Part shown: piece by piece, positions 18,755 through 29,019 of the stretch
Layout of the letters: each line of letters opens with the position of its first letter
Numbering within the stretch: position 1 is the stretch's first letter
Assembly (NCBI GenBank): GCA_963702205.1
Contig: OY969724.1
Location: 864,001-928,000, forward strand
Origin: an uncultured candidate division Zixibacteria bacterium
GTDB taxonomy: Bacteria; Zixibacteria; MSB-5A5; GN15; PGXB01
Direction of reading: 5' to 3'
DNA length: 64,000 bases
Notes under the pieces: model-generated
Database searches by the model: none
What the model saw: only the letters and a program-made list of their open reading frames with translations
What the model was told of the DNA's origin: nothing
Made by a program: the position numbers and the translations under genes

Positions 18755-19007
18755 CTTTTCACCTCTCCGATTTTTAGGGTTTTGATTACAACGAAGAGGT
18801 AATCAGATTACATACCGAATGTCCGCATTATGCCGGACGGGCAGTAATGTGCATTAAGGCAATAACTTGCGCACCAATTGAGTCAACGTGATGTTTTGGA
18901 TATTTCATTTTTATTTCAGCAATATTTCATTGAATTCCTAATCCGATGGTACATGACGCATTAAGAAATACCTGAAATGAAATAAAAGTGAAATGTGAAA
19001 TATCAGG

Positions 19008-22000
19008 CTAATTTCTCGGACGTTTTATGCCGTATTTTTTCATGCGACGGTGCAAAGTCGCGGGTGACATATTCAACTCTTTGGATGCCAGAAACTGATT
19101 CCAGTTATATTTTATCAAGGCCTCGGTTATTCTCGCTTTCTCCTGTTTTTCGGCAAGGTATTTCGGCTCGGATGTATCGAATGCATTCGGTGCAAAATCG
19201 GCGATTCCGGGAGGGAGCATCGTGCTCGTAATTAGTTCTCCGTGATAGCGAATGTGGTATGTATCAATCTGGTTTTTAAGTTCCCGGACGTTCCCCGGCC
19301 AGTCGTATCGAATAAGTTTGGTCATGGCATCCTGGGTGAATCGAATAGGTTTGGATCGGGTACCGGTCAGATTTTTCACGAAATGTTCAATCAAAACGGG
19401 GATATCATCCCGGCGTTCGCGCAGAGGCGGAATTTTAAACCTGATTTGATTTATTCGGTAAAACAGATCTTTTCTGAATTCGCCCTCGGCAACCATCTGT
19501 TCCAGATCTCTATTGGTGGCGAATACGAATCTAATATCGGCGTAAAGGACCTTGCTGCTTGAGACCTTTTGATATTCCTGGTATTCTATGGCTCTCAGGA
19601 TTTTAGCCTGTATATGCAGCGGCATGTCGGCGATTTCGTCTAAAAACAAGGTGCCGCCGTCGGCCAGGGCAAAGACGCCATCGCGGCCTCCGACGGCGGT
19701 CGCGACGCCGCTCTCGATTCCGAAAAGTTGCGATTCGGCAAGACCATGATTGATAGTCGGGCAGTTAAGTATCAAAAACGGCATTTTCGTCCGGGAGCTT
19801 GATTCGTGAACCATTCTGGCCAGTATCTCCTTGCCTGTCCCCGATTCTCCTTCCAGAAGGACGCTTAAATTGCTCGGAGCGATCCGTTTCAATTCCTTCA
19901 ATAAATTCAGGGCGGTGGCGTTTACCGTTATAAATTTCCGTCCTGCCCCGGCGCGCTGCAGTTCTTCCATCAATTGCAGTTTGTCGGCCCGCGTCTTTTT
20001 CAGGTCCCATATTTTGGTTATGGAAATGGAAATAAAATTGGCGACGGCCTTGATATAAATCAGGTCTTTTTCCTCGAATAACGCCGGGATCGTATGGTGA
20101 TCCAGGTACAGGACGCCGTTGATTCTCTCACCGCCGGGAATCTGCACGCACAGCACAGACAGGATATTATTGGTGATTATGCTCTTGTGGGACTTGGTCC
20201 GGTCGTCCGTCTGAGCGTCCCTGATTATTATGGGTTCCGATCCTTTGAGGGCCGATGATATGACATTGTTGCTGACTTCTCGAATATCGCTGAGGCTTTC
20301 TGCGTCGCAGTCTATTTCAGCCTTAACCTGATACTTCTGCGCATTATAATCCCAGAGGAGCAACACCCCTCGTTCGGCCCCGGTTAATTCTATCCCCAGC
20401 CTGACCAGATTTTCCAGTGCTTCTTCGATGTCATCCATGCTTTGCATGACTTCGGATATGCGATGCATGGCGTGGAGCAGTTTTTCATCGGCTCGGTCGA
20501 GCTTCGATGTCTTTTCGTGCTCGGTCTTTAATTCTTTTTCAAGACGATCATGGCCGATATCCTGAGCGATTATGAAAGCCTGTTGAAGGAACCTCGCGGT
20601 CAGTTTGTGGTCTTTGATTTCTCCGTATTTTTCGGCGATCTTCATGCACGTCAGCAGCGCCCAATAGTACTGACCGGCCTTGTACAGAATCCGATATACT
20701 TTTTTGAATGACGCCAGGGTCTTTGGATTGTCACGTGATTCGTCCTTTATGTCGGAAATTAATATATCGATCGCATTAAATATCGGAACCTCGTGCTGGC
20801 TTTGGATCAGTTTCAGCCAGTCGCTGTTTTCGATTTCGTCGATCAGGTCAACGGCATCGTCATCGATCAGTACGTTAAACATGCACACGGCTGCATCATA
20901 TACGGAATTACACGCAACAAGTTCTTTATACAGCGACTTAAGGCTGTCCCGGCGGTCCGGCCCGTTTTCGTTAAGCGCTTCAATCAAGCTCAATTCGAGC
21001 AAGCTTGTCTTTTCCTGAAAATCCGCGAAGGCATCGCGGGCCATACGGCAGGACTTGCGGCATCGCTCCGCATCTCCCCGATACATATGTATCCAGGCTA
21101 TATTGGTATACACACTTCCCCTGAAGCGGTCGTTTTCGTTTTTGCCGTAGAAGTCCAGAACGTTCCAAAGATCAAGCATGGCCGGTTCGTACAAGCCTCG
21201 GTTGAGTAAAAGGTACCCCATGGCGGAGTAGAACTCTCTATAGGCGACATTTTCGCCGCTCGATCCATAGGCGTAAATGAAATTATTCAATTCGGAACCG
21301 GCATTTTTAAAATCGCAGAAGCGGGTATATGAATTCGAGAGCACCGAATGAACGCCGGCCGTCTTTTGAGCATCATGGCCGGCTTCACTAAGGGCCGTGG
21401 CTTCACGGCCGTACTTGATAGATTTTCGATATTCGCCCATTTTATGATACAGCAGCGCGATGTTGATCAGACCGACAAGATGCGTCGCGCCGTCGTCTTC
21501 GGGTTTGCATGTATCAAGAGCTTTGAGATATTGAGTTTCCGCTTCCCGGTAACGATCCCGGGAATTTTCGAAATTACCCAGAGCTATATGGGTTCTGGCT
21601 TGTTCCACGACGCTTCCGGCCGCCTGAGCGCGTTCAGCGATAGCATTGAGATCTTCCAGGGCTTTGTCACGGTCGCCTTCGACAAAAAGCAGATGGGCTC
21701 GATTTCGGCCCAATCTGAATTCGTATTCCGTCTTGTTCAGCCGTTGCGCTTCTTCTATGGCTTTGTCGGCATAGGCGGCGGCAGAACTCAAGGCGCCGCT
21801 TTTTATGGACAGCCGGACAATATCGTGCATTATTTCCAGGCGGCGCTCAGATGAAAATTCGGGGATAGCAAACGCTTTAAGAGAATACTCGGCGGCTCCG
21901 GTGAAACGTCCGTTGACGTCGAGAATATCGATCAGCCTGCGGTATATTTCGGATAAATTATCAGTTGTGATGGATTTCATCTCACTTATGCGGTCAATAG

Positions 22001-23192
22001 CGTCCTCGACAAGAAGACTGGCTTTCAGGTTGTGGCGGCGGGACGCGAAGTCATCAAGTTGAGCGAAGACGTCCTTGAGGTCGGCGTCGGTCAAGTCGTC
22101 CTTTACTTTGAGTTCGTCTTTATCGATGCCCCGGATTCGATTCAAATGCACAAACAAACCGCGATATTGTTCATCGGTAATTTTAACCTGCCAGAACACG
22201 CCGAAACGTGCCAGGCTCGCTTCTTCGAGCAGCCGCGCGACAATTCTCAGACCATCAATAAATCGTGAACGCGGAATGTTTGACAGGTCGTCGAGAAAAT
22301 CAAAGCAAATTCCGAAAACATTGTTTTCTTTTATAATGAAATCGTTCAGACTGAGTTTCCCCCTGACTATTTTGGGGCCCAATTCGCGCAACCTGTTTTT
22401 CAACTGAAGCGTCATGACTTCGGTCAACGCCTTTTTATAGGCGGAATCGTCGATGAAGCCGTGTTTATGCAGGGCGTCGAGAATGTACTGAGGGCGAGTC
22501 AGATGGCTCTCACGAGTCATTTCGTCGATGAGGCTCATAAAATCGGCGGGAATGCCGTTGCCTTGCCCGGCGCTTGATTTCTCCAGCTGATTTCTTAGCG
22601 ATATTCCCAGAGAGTAAATGTCGGATTTGGCCAGAATAATGTCGTTTTTTAAAATCTCGGGGGCAATATGGCCGGGCGTTCCGAAAATCTTATGTCGGGG
22701 GGGACAATCTGATTTCTGAAGAAACTCGAGATCAATCAATTTTAGATCAAATCCGTTCCGGCCGGTTCGTGACAGGAAATTCTCAAGCTTCAGGTCGCCA
22801 TGAACATACCCCATCATATGTATAAAATCAACGATGACAGCAATGGAAGTCATGATTATAATCAGGCCCGGAAAATCGGCCGCCCGCAGATTCCGGTCGA
22901 GCGGGGTCCATGATGATGAATCAAGATATGGATATTCGATGAAAATGTGGTTTTGTTCGAGTCTGATCCTGTTGGCGGTCAATATATTATGATATTTGAG
23001 ATATTTCTGCCTGGTAAATGAATCACTGAGGATGCTTTTTATTTCCTCGGAGTCAAGGTCGCTGTCGGGATTTGATGCTTTGATAAACACCTTGCGGTTC
23101 AAAGGCTTGTCGGTCGCAGCCCAGGATTGGCATAGGGCATTGACGGATAACAGCCGATCGAAAATGTAGCAGTTCGACTTTAAAGAAACCAA
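19008..23192 (-). CDS. Ser/Thr kinase-like - TPR - GAF - sigma54-type AAA+ - Fis HTH regulator
   Basis: HGDLKLEN, GTPGHIAPE; TPR helices; [43 protein letters not shown]. Confidence 0.85.
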   Translation of the reverse strand: MVSLKSNCYIFDRLLSVNALCQSWAATDKPLNRKVFIKASNPDSDLDSEEIKSILSDSFTRQKYLKYHNILTANRIRLEQNHIFIEYPYLDSSSWTPLDRNLRAADFPGLIIIMTSIAVIVDFIHMMGYVHGDLKLENFLSRTGRNGFDLKLIDLEFLQKSDCPPRHKIFGTPGHIAPEILKNDIILAKSDIYSLGISLRNQLEKSSAGQGNGIPADFMSLIDEMTRESHLTRPQYILDALHKHGFIDDSAYKKALTEVMTLQLKNRLRELGPKIVRGKLSLNDFIIKENNVFGICFDFLDDLSNIPRSRFIDGLRIVARLLEEASLARFGVFWQVKITDEQYRGLFVHLNRIRGIDKDELKVKDDLTDADLKDVFAQLDDFASRRHNLKASLLVEDAIDRISEMKSITTDNLSEIYRRLIDILDVNGRFTGAAEYSLKAFAIPEFSSERRLEIMHDIVRLSIKSGALSSAAAYADKAIEEAQRLNKTEYEFRLGRNRAHLLFVEGDRDKALEDLNAIAERAQAAGSVVEQARTHIALGNFENSRDRYREAETQYLKALDTCKPEDDGATHLVGLINIALLYHKMGEYRKSIKYGREATALSEAGHDAQKTAGVHSVLSNSYTRFCDFKNAGSELNNFIYAYGSSGENVAYREFYSAMGYLLLNRGLYEPAMLDLWNVLDFYGKNENDRFRGSVYTNIAWIHMYRGDAERCRKSCRMARDAFADFQEKTSLLELSLIEALNENGPDRRDSLKSLYKELVACNSVYDAAVCMFNVLIDDDAVDLIDEIENSDWLKLIQSQHEVPIFNAIDILISDIKDESRDNPKTLASFKKVYRILYKAGQYYWALLTCMKIAEKYGEIKDHKLTARFLQQAFIIAQDIGHDRLEKELKTEHEKTSKLDRADEKLLHAMHRISEVMQSMDDIEEALENLVRLGIELTGAERGVLLLWDYNAQKYQVKAEIDCDAESLSDIREVSNNVISSALKGSEPIIIRDAQTDDRTKSHKSIITNNILSVLCVQIPGGERINGVLYLDHHTIPALFEEKDLIYIKAVANFISISITKIWDLKKTRADKLQLMEELQRAGAGRKFITVNATALNLLKELKRIAPSNLSVLLEGESGTGKEILARMVHESSSRTKMPFLILNCPTINHGLAESQLFGIESGVATAVGGRDGVFALADGGTLFLDEIADMPLHIQAKILRAIEYQEYQKVSSSKVLYADIRFVFATNRDLEQMVAEGEFRKDLFYRINQIRFKIPPLRERRDDIPVLIEHFVKNLTGTRSKPIRFTQDAMTKLIRYDWPGNVRELKNQIDTYHIRYHGELITSTMLPPGIADFAPNAFDTSEPKYLAEKQEKARITEALIKYNWNQFLASKELNMSPATLHRRMKKYGIKRPRN

Positions 23193-23688
23193 TTGTTGAA
23201 CCCTCGTATGGATAGCAATTAGATTCGCCCCTAAACAAAACCGTATTGCTCCTATACATTATATAGGTCGCTTGCCGAAATTGCAACGAAAATGTGAAAA
23301 TGTGAAATATCGACGAATCAACTGTCAGAAATTGTCATAAATTGCCAGCATCGGTCAAGATCGCGAAAATTTGTGAAATGATTCGAGTTTATTAATACAT
23401 CAATCGACTATTATGCAAAGTCCGCCCAAAACTGCATTTTTGCTCTGGGCGGACTTTTTCAATGTGATTCTAATATTTATCGTCTATTTCAGCAGAAGCA
23501 TCTTTCGGGTTTCGTTGTGCCGGGTCGTTATCACCCGGTAGAAATAAATTCCGCTGGACATCTCCCGGCCGCCGGGAAGTTTGTCTTTTACCATAATTTT
23601 TCCATTTTAATGCCGGTCCCGCCGTATTATGTTATTAATCTCGATTATGGATTTTTTAGGTCTATTATAATGCTTATTGCGGACCGGT

Positions 23689-24771
23689 ATGACAACCAAT
23701 AGCAAAGACATACGCCGAAAATCGGAACACCTCGATGTGGTCCTGAACCAGGACGTCGGCTTTCGACAGGGGGCGTTGCTCGATGACGTCAGACTGCTCC
23801 ACGATGCGCTCTGTCTTTTGAAATTCGACGAACTGGATACGGCCTCAACGTTTTTCGGAAAGACGCTGGCCGCGCCGTTTATGATAACCAGCATGACCGG
23901 CGGCGGGGACCTTTCCGGAGATATCAATACCGGTCTGGCCCGGGCGGCGGCCGCCAAAGGGATCGCCTTTGCGGTCGGCAGTCAGCGCGTTATGCTCAAG
24001 CACCCCGAGACGACCCAGCATTTCGACGTGCGCCGTCATATCCCCGACGGAGTTCTTCTCGGGAATATCGGGGTTACCCTGCTCGATCAATATCCTCTCG
24101 AAAAAATAGTCGATCTCGTGGAGCTTATCGAGGCCGACGGTTTGTGCATACATTTAAATCCGGCCCAGGAAATGATTCAGGAGCGCGGCGAACGGGATTT
24201 CTCGAACGCGCTGGTCAATATCGCCCGTCTAATGGAGCGCCTCGACGGCCGCGTTTTGGTCAAAGAAACCGGGTCGGGCCTTTCACCGAGGGTGCTCGAA
24301 AAACTGGCTTCAGTCGGTGTTCGGTATATCGACGTGGCCGGGGCCGGAGGGACGTCGTGGACCAAAGTCGAGTCGCTTCGGGTGCGGCCGGAAATTTTAA
24401 GGCGTACCGGTCAGGTTTATGACGACTGGGGTCTTCCCACCGCGGTATGTGTCCACAGCGCCCGATTGATAATGCCCGCCGTAACACAGGTGATAGCTTC
24501 AGGGGGCATCAGAAACGGTCTGGACGGCGCGCGCGCCATCGCGCTCGGAGCCGATCTGGCCGGGTTTGCTCGACCGGTTCTGACGGCTTTCATGGCCGGA
24601 GGTGAAGAAGCGGCCGGGCGGTTTATCGAAAGTATGATTTACGAATTGAAGACGGCCATGATGCTGACCGGCTGCCGGGACATCGCGGCTTTGAAAAAAA
24701 CACCGCACGTCCTGACCGGCAGTCTGCGGGAATGGATCAAAGGTCTCGATTCAGTACAAAAGGAATTGTGA
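23689..24771 (+). CDS. fni: Type 2 isopentenyl-diphosphate delta-isomerase
   Basis: RKSEHL, ITSMTGG, VGSQR, HLNPAQE, VKETGSG, AGAGGTSW, ASGGIRNG. Confidence 0.95.
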   Translation: MTTNSKDIRRKSEHLDVVLNQDVGFRQGALLDDVRLLHDALCLLKFDELDTASTFFGKTLAAPFMITSMTGGGDLSGDINTGLARAAAAKGIAFAVGSQRVMLKHPETTQHFDVRRHIPDGVLLGNIGVTLLDQYPLEKIVDLVELIEADGLCIHLNPAQEMIQERGERDFSNALVNIARLMERLDGRVLVKETGSGLSPRVLEKLASVGVRYIDVAGAGGTSWTKVESLRVRPEILRRTGQVYDDWGLPTAVCVHSARLIMPAVTQVIASGGIRNGLDGARAIALGADLAGFARPVLTAFMAGGEEAAGRFIESMIYELKTAMMLTGCRDIAALKKTPHVLTGSLREWIKGLDSVQKEL

Positions 24772-27074
24772 TGAAATTGAAGAAAGGTTTGCATCCGGGT
24801 GACCACAACAAAACGAAAACATCGTCGCCCACCTCTCGCATTCCGGGATTTTATCTGTTATCGGTCGAGCAAAGGCTGTCGCTTTTAAGACAGGATTACG
24901 GACTGACCGAAGAGGAACTTGCGATTTTTCGCCATGGCAGCGCCATCAAGGCCGAAAATGCCGTCAACATGATCGAAAACGCCATCGGCTCGATCGGTGT
25001 CCCGCTCGGGCTGGCCTCGAATTTTCTTATCAACGGACGAGACTACCTGATACCCATGGCCACCGAAGAGCCATCGGTCGTGGCGGCGGCCTCGAAAGCC
25101 GCCCGACTGATCCGAAAAGGCGGCGGTTTCAAAGCAGAATCCGACCGCTCGGTCATGATCGGTCAAATTCAGCTGCTCGATGTCTCGGATATTGAGACGG
25201 CCATAAAGTCTATTAATAAACATAAATCGGATATTCTCGAAGCCGTCGACAACTGGCTGCCGCGAATGAAAAAGCGCGGTGGCGGAGCGGTCGATATCGA
25301 ATCCCGAATCATAAATGACGACGTCACCGGTGAGCCCATGCTGATCGTGCATATACTGGTCGACGTCTGCGACGCAATGGGGGCCAACGTCGTAAACGGC
25401 GTTTGTGAAGTCGTCGGACCGCGCATAGAAGATATCACCGGCGGACTGGCCAATATGAAAATTCTGTCGAATCTGGCGGACCGTCGTCTGGCCCGCGCCG
25501 AATTCGAAATTCCCGTGCACATTCTTTCTCAGGACGGACTGCCCGGGGCGGAAGTCGCGCATAGGCTGGTAAAGGCCGGTCGCTGGGCAACACTCGATCC
25601 ATACCGCGCCGTCACACATAACAAAGGTATCTTCAATGGTATTTCTTCGGTTGCCGTGGCTTTGGGGCTGGATTGGCGGGCGATCGAAGCGGGCGCTCAT
25701 GCTTACGCCGTCAGGGACGGGGTATATCGTGGTTTGACCGTATACAAAGTCGACAGTAGTACATTTTATGGTTCAATCGAACTGCCGATGCAGGTCGGGT
25801 GGACCGGCGGCGGCTCCTGCCTGCGGCCCGACGTGCAGGCATTGAAAAAAATTCTCAATATCGGAGCCGCCCGTGAGCTGTCGGGAGTCCTTGCGGCGGT
25901 CGGGCTGGCCCAGAATCTGGCCGCCTGTCTGGCTCTGTGCACCGAAGGCATACAGCGCGGACATATGGCCCTGCACGCCCGGAGTGTCGCCGCCAGCGCG
26001 GGAATTCCCGGGTCGGCGGTCGAAAAGGTTGCCGCCGAGATGATTGAATCGCGCCGGATTCACGTCGATGCCGCCGGTGACATATATGAGCATCTGCAGG
26101 AAAAAACTAAGCCGACGGATCGTCCAGATCAAATTCTGGCGCAGGATTTCGCGCCCGGCAAAGTCATTCTTTTCGGTGAGCACGCCGTCGTTTACGGTTA
26201 TCCATCCATCGTCACCGCACTCAGTCAGGGGACGCGAGTCGAAATTCGGCGTGACAAGGACGGGCCGCGTATGCTGCACCCGCGCCTTAACGCGTCCGGC
26301 ATGCCGTTTAACGACGACAATGATTATCAGCACTTCTCGCGGGCGGCGCACCTGGCCTATAAAGGGTACAATCTTCAGAAAGAACCGATGGAAATCATGG
26401 TCGAGTCGGACCTTGCGCCGGGCGTTGGGCTGGGTTCCTCCGCGGCCTTCTCTGTCGCGCTGTGCCGCGCCTTTTCACAAATCTCCAAAAATGCTTGCGG
26501 CCGGAACGGTACCGGCCTAAGTGAGATGATTCATCGCCTGGAGACGGTTTTTCACCGCAATCCAAGCGGCGCCGATGCCGCCGCGATCATGGCCCGGGGA
26601 GCCGTCTGGTTCCAGAAAGGACAAAAGAACACGATCTCACCGGTAGCCTGCCCGATTGAATGTTTCGGGCTGGTGTGCGTGGTCGACCAGCCGATGCGCA
26701 CCGCACAAATGGTCGCCAAAGTGGAGAACGCCCGCCGTCAGAACGGTGCATTTGTCAATAATATATTCGATAAAATCGGTGACGTCACGGTCGATGCGGC
26801 GCTGGCGCTTCGCGATGGACAAACAGAGCAGTTGGGGCGTCTGATGATTCGCAACCATGAACTTCTGGCGAAGCTGGATCTATCCACGCCGAAGCTCGAC
26901 AAGGCCGTAGCCGATCTGATCGATCTGGGTCTCCCCGGCGCCAAACTGACCGGGGCCGGCGGCGGCGGCGCCGTGGTGATGGTTCTTCCTGACGGTGACG
27001 ACCGGGATGATCTGATCGCCGAGATAACCGGCCGATTCGAAAAGCACTATCAATTTCGTATCAGGACGGCATGA
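24771..27074 (+). CDS. mvaA: Class II HMG-CoA reductase fused to mevalonate kinase
   Basis: MIENAIG, PMATEEPSVVAA, DAMGAN, THNKG, GIQRGHM; then PGKVILFGEHAVVYG, GLGSSAA, NPSGAD, KLTGAGGGG. Confidence 0.9.
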   Translation: MKLKKGLHPGDHNKTKTSSPTSRIPGFYLLSVEQRLSLLRQDYGLTEEELAIFRHGSAIKAENAVNMIENAIGSIGVPLGLASNFLINGRDYLIPMATEEPSVVAAASKAARLIRKGGGFKAESDRSVMIGQIQLLDVSDIETAIKSINKHKSDILEAVDNWLPRMKKRGGGAVDIESRIINDDVTGEPMLIVHILVDVCDAMGANVVNGVCEVVGPRIEDITGGLANMKILSNLADRRLARAEFEIPVHILSQDGLPGAEVAHRLVKAGRWATLDPYRAVTHNKGIFNGISSVAVALGLDWRAIEAGAHAYAVRDGVYRGLTVYKVDSSTFYGSIELPMQVGWTGGGSCLRPDVQALKKILNIGAARELSGVLAAVGLAQNLAACLALCTEGIQRGHMALHARSVAASAGIPGSAVEKVAAEMIESRRIHVDAAGDIYEHLQEKTKPTDRPDQILAQDFAPGKVILFGEHAVVYGYPSIVTALSQGTRVEIRRDKDGPRMLHPRLNASGMPFNDDNDYQHFSRAAHLAYKGYNLQKEPMEIMVESDLAPGVGLGSSAAFSVALCRAFSQISKNACGRNGTGLSEMIHRLETVFHRNPSGADAAAIMARGAVWFQKGQKNTISPVACPIECFGLVCVVDQPMRTAQMVAKVENARRQNGAFVNNIFDKIGDVTVDAALALRDGQTEQLGRLMIRNHELLAKLDLSTPKLDKAVADLIDLGLPGAKLTGAGGGGAVVMVLPDGDDRDDLIAEITGRFEKHYQFRIRTA

Positions 27075-28036
27075 TGAATTCTGTCAAAACGCGCGCCTTT
27101 GCCAATATCGCCCTTGTCAAGTACTGGGGCAAACAGACCGAAGGGATCAACTGCCCGGCGACGCCCTCACTGTCGCTGACGATAGATTCTCTTAAGACCG
27201 AGACATCGATTGAAAGAGCGGAAAACGACGGATTGGTATTCAACAATGTCACCGTGCAGGATATAAACGGATCTCGTGCTTTTGGAATCATCAACGACTG
27301 GAGAAAACAAGGGTTGCTCGACGGTTCTTTTACGGTCGATACGAAAAACGGATTTCCATCGGGAGCGGGGTTGGCATCGAGCGCCTCGGGAGTGGCGGCA
27401 CTTACGGTGGGACTCAACCGAATTGGCGAAAATGCTCTCGACAATGATTCTCTTGTTCGTCTTGCCCGTCAGGGAAGCGGCTCGGCGGCGCGGTCGATGA
27501 CCGGCGGTTTGAGCGTGCTGCCCAACGATTTTAATCCAATAGCAAAACAAATAGTACCTCACGATGAAGTCCCCTGGTGCATTATCACGGCTGTGACCGA
27601 AATGAACGCAAAAAAAGTCGGTTCGCGCGAAGCTATGGATATCTGCCGTCGGACGTCACCGTACTATCAAAGCTGGTTGAAGACGGCCCTGGACGATTAT
27701 CAAGAAATGCTCGATGCGGTCGACAAAATGGATATTTCGCACGTCGGCGAAATTGCGGAGCATAACTGCCTGGCCATGCACGCCTGTATGTGGGCCTCGA
27801 AGCCGCCGCTCGTATATTGGAATGGTACAACCGTAGAAATTATCAGGGCTGCCCGGAAGTGGCGGCACAGCGGATTGGAGTCGTACTTCACTATTGACGC
27901 CGGGCCGCAGGTGTGTCTTCTGGCCGACCGCAAGGACGCCGAGACGATTGCCTCGAAATTGACTGATATCCCCGGCGTGAAAAAGATACTTATCGGTTAT
28001 CCCGCCGGAGGCGCCGAGGTGACCGAATGCCGATAA
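27071..28036 (+). CDS. mvaD: Diphosphomevalonate decarboxylase
   Basis: NIALVKYWGK, GLASSASG, ARQGSGSAARS, TIDAGP. Confidence 0.95.
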   Translation: MMNSVKTRAFANIALVKYWGKQTEGINCPATPSLSLTIDSLKTETSIERAENDGLVFNNVTVQDINGSRAFGIINDWRKQGLLDGSFTVDTKNGFPSGAGLASSASGVAALTVGLNRIGENALDNDSLVRLARQGSGSAARSMTGGLSVLPNDFNPIAKQIVPHDEVPWCIITAVTEMNAKKVGSREAMDICRRTSPYYQSWLKTALDDYQEMLDAVDKMDISHVGEIAEHNCLAMHACMWASKPPLVYWNGTTVEIIRAARKWRHSGLESYFTIDAGPQVCLLADRKDAETIASKLTDIPGVKKILIGYPAGGAEVTECR

Positions 28037-29019
28037 ACCGTGTTGAAATTCCCGGCAAGGCGATGCTGTTCGGCGAGTACGCCGTCCTTGTCGGCGGGAC
28101 CGCGGCCATGTATCCGGTGCCGCGCTATCTGGTTTTGTCGGAAAAAAACGGACACAAACCGGCCGCCTATACGCGGGTCATGACAGAGGCTCGTAACATG
28201 GATATTCCGGAAATCGCGCCGTACGAAAACGAATTCGGTGCGGTCGAAATTGATTTTGATAACACTCAGTTTTTTGCACCGGGCGGCGACGGTACATGCA
28301 GCAAGCTCGGGCTGGGGCTTTCGGCGGCCGAGGCAGTCGGGGTGGTTTCGCTGCGTTTTGGGCGGGCCGGATTAGCTATTGAGCACTATGCAGATAAAAT
28401 CGCCGAATATGCACTGATCGCGCACCGTCACGCCCAGGATGGTCAGGGCAGCGGCGCCGACGTCTATTGCTGCTCGCATAAAAAAGCGATTCGATATAAA
28501 ATAAAAGATGGCTGTTCGCAATATGAATTAATATCGGTCGATAAAGGCGACACGCGTCTTCCGGCGTATCTGGTCTATTCCGGAAAACCGTCGGATTCTA
28601 GAAAGGCCATTACTTCCTTTAATCTTTGGCTTCAGAAATTAACAACTGACGACAAAAGCTGTCTTAAGAGCCTGATAGAAATCAGTCATTTCCTGTCCGG
28701 CCACTGGCCCGCGAAAGACAGACATGTTATTTTCGACGCCCTCGATGAGTACACCGCCGTCATGAAGGCGATTTCAGATAAGGCCGGGTTGCACTATTGG
28801 ACCGCAGTGCATACCGAACTGGACAGATGGGCCCGAAAGTACGGCGGCCGGGTCAAACCGATCGGTGCCGGCGGCGGCGATATGGCGCTGGTGCTGGGTC
28901 ATCTCCCCATTGAAGAATTATCGACCGGTTCAGTCGGGTGCAGTATTGATATCTCATCGGGATCTCTCGGCCAAACCGAAAGCGATTCACGTCGACAGTT
29001 GGTTTCTAAAACCCCGTAA
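28027..29019 (+). CDS. Putative phosphomevalonate kinase (GHMP kinase)
   Basis: PGKAMLFGEYAVL, KLGLGLSAA, AHRHAQ..GSGADV, KPIGAGGGD; operon context. Confidence 0.75.
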   Translation: MPINRVEIPGKAMLFGEYAVLVGGTAAMYPVPRYLVLSEKNGHKPAAYTRVMTEARNMDIPEIAPYENEFGAVEIDFDNTQFFAPGGDGTCSKLGLGLSAAEAVGVVSLRFGRAGLAIEHYADKIAEYALIAHRHAQDGQGSGADVYCCSHKKAIRYKIKDGCSQYELISVDKGDTRLPAYLVYSGKPSDSRKAITSFNLWLQKLTTDDKSCLKSLIEISHFLSGHWPAKDRHVIFDALDEYTAVMKAISDKAGLHYWTAVHTELDRWARKYGGRVKPIGAGGGDMALVLGHLPIEELSTGSVGCSIDISSGSLGQTESDSRRQLVSKTP

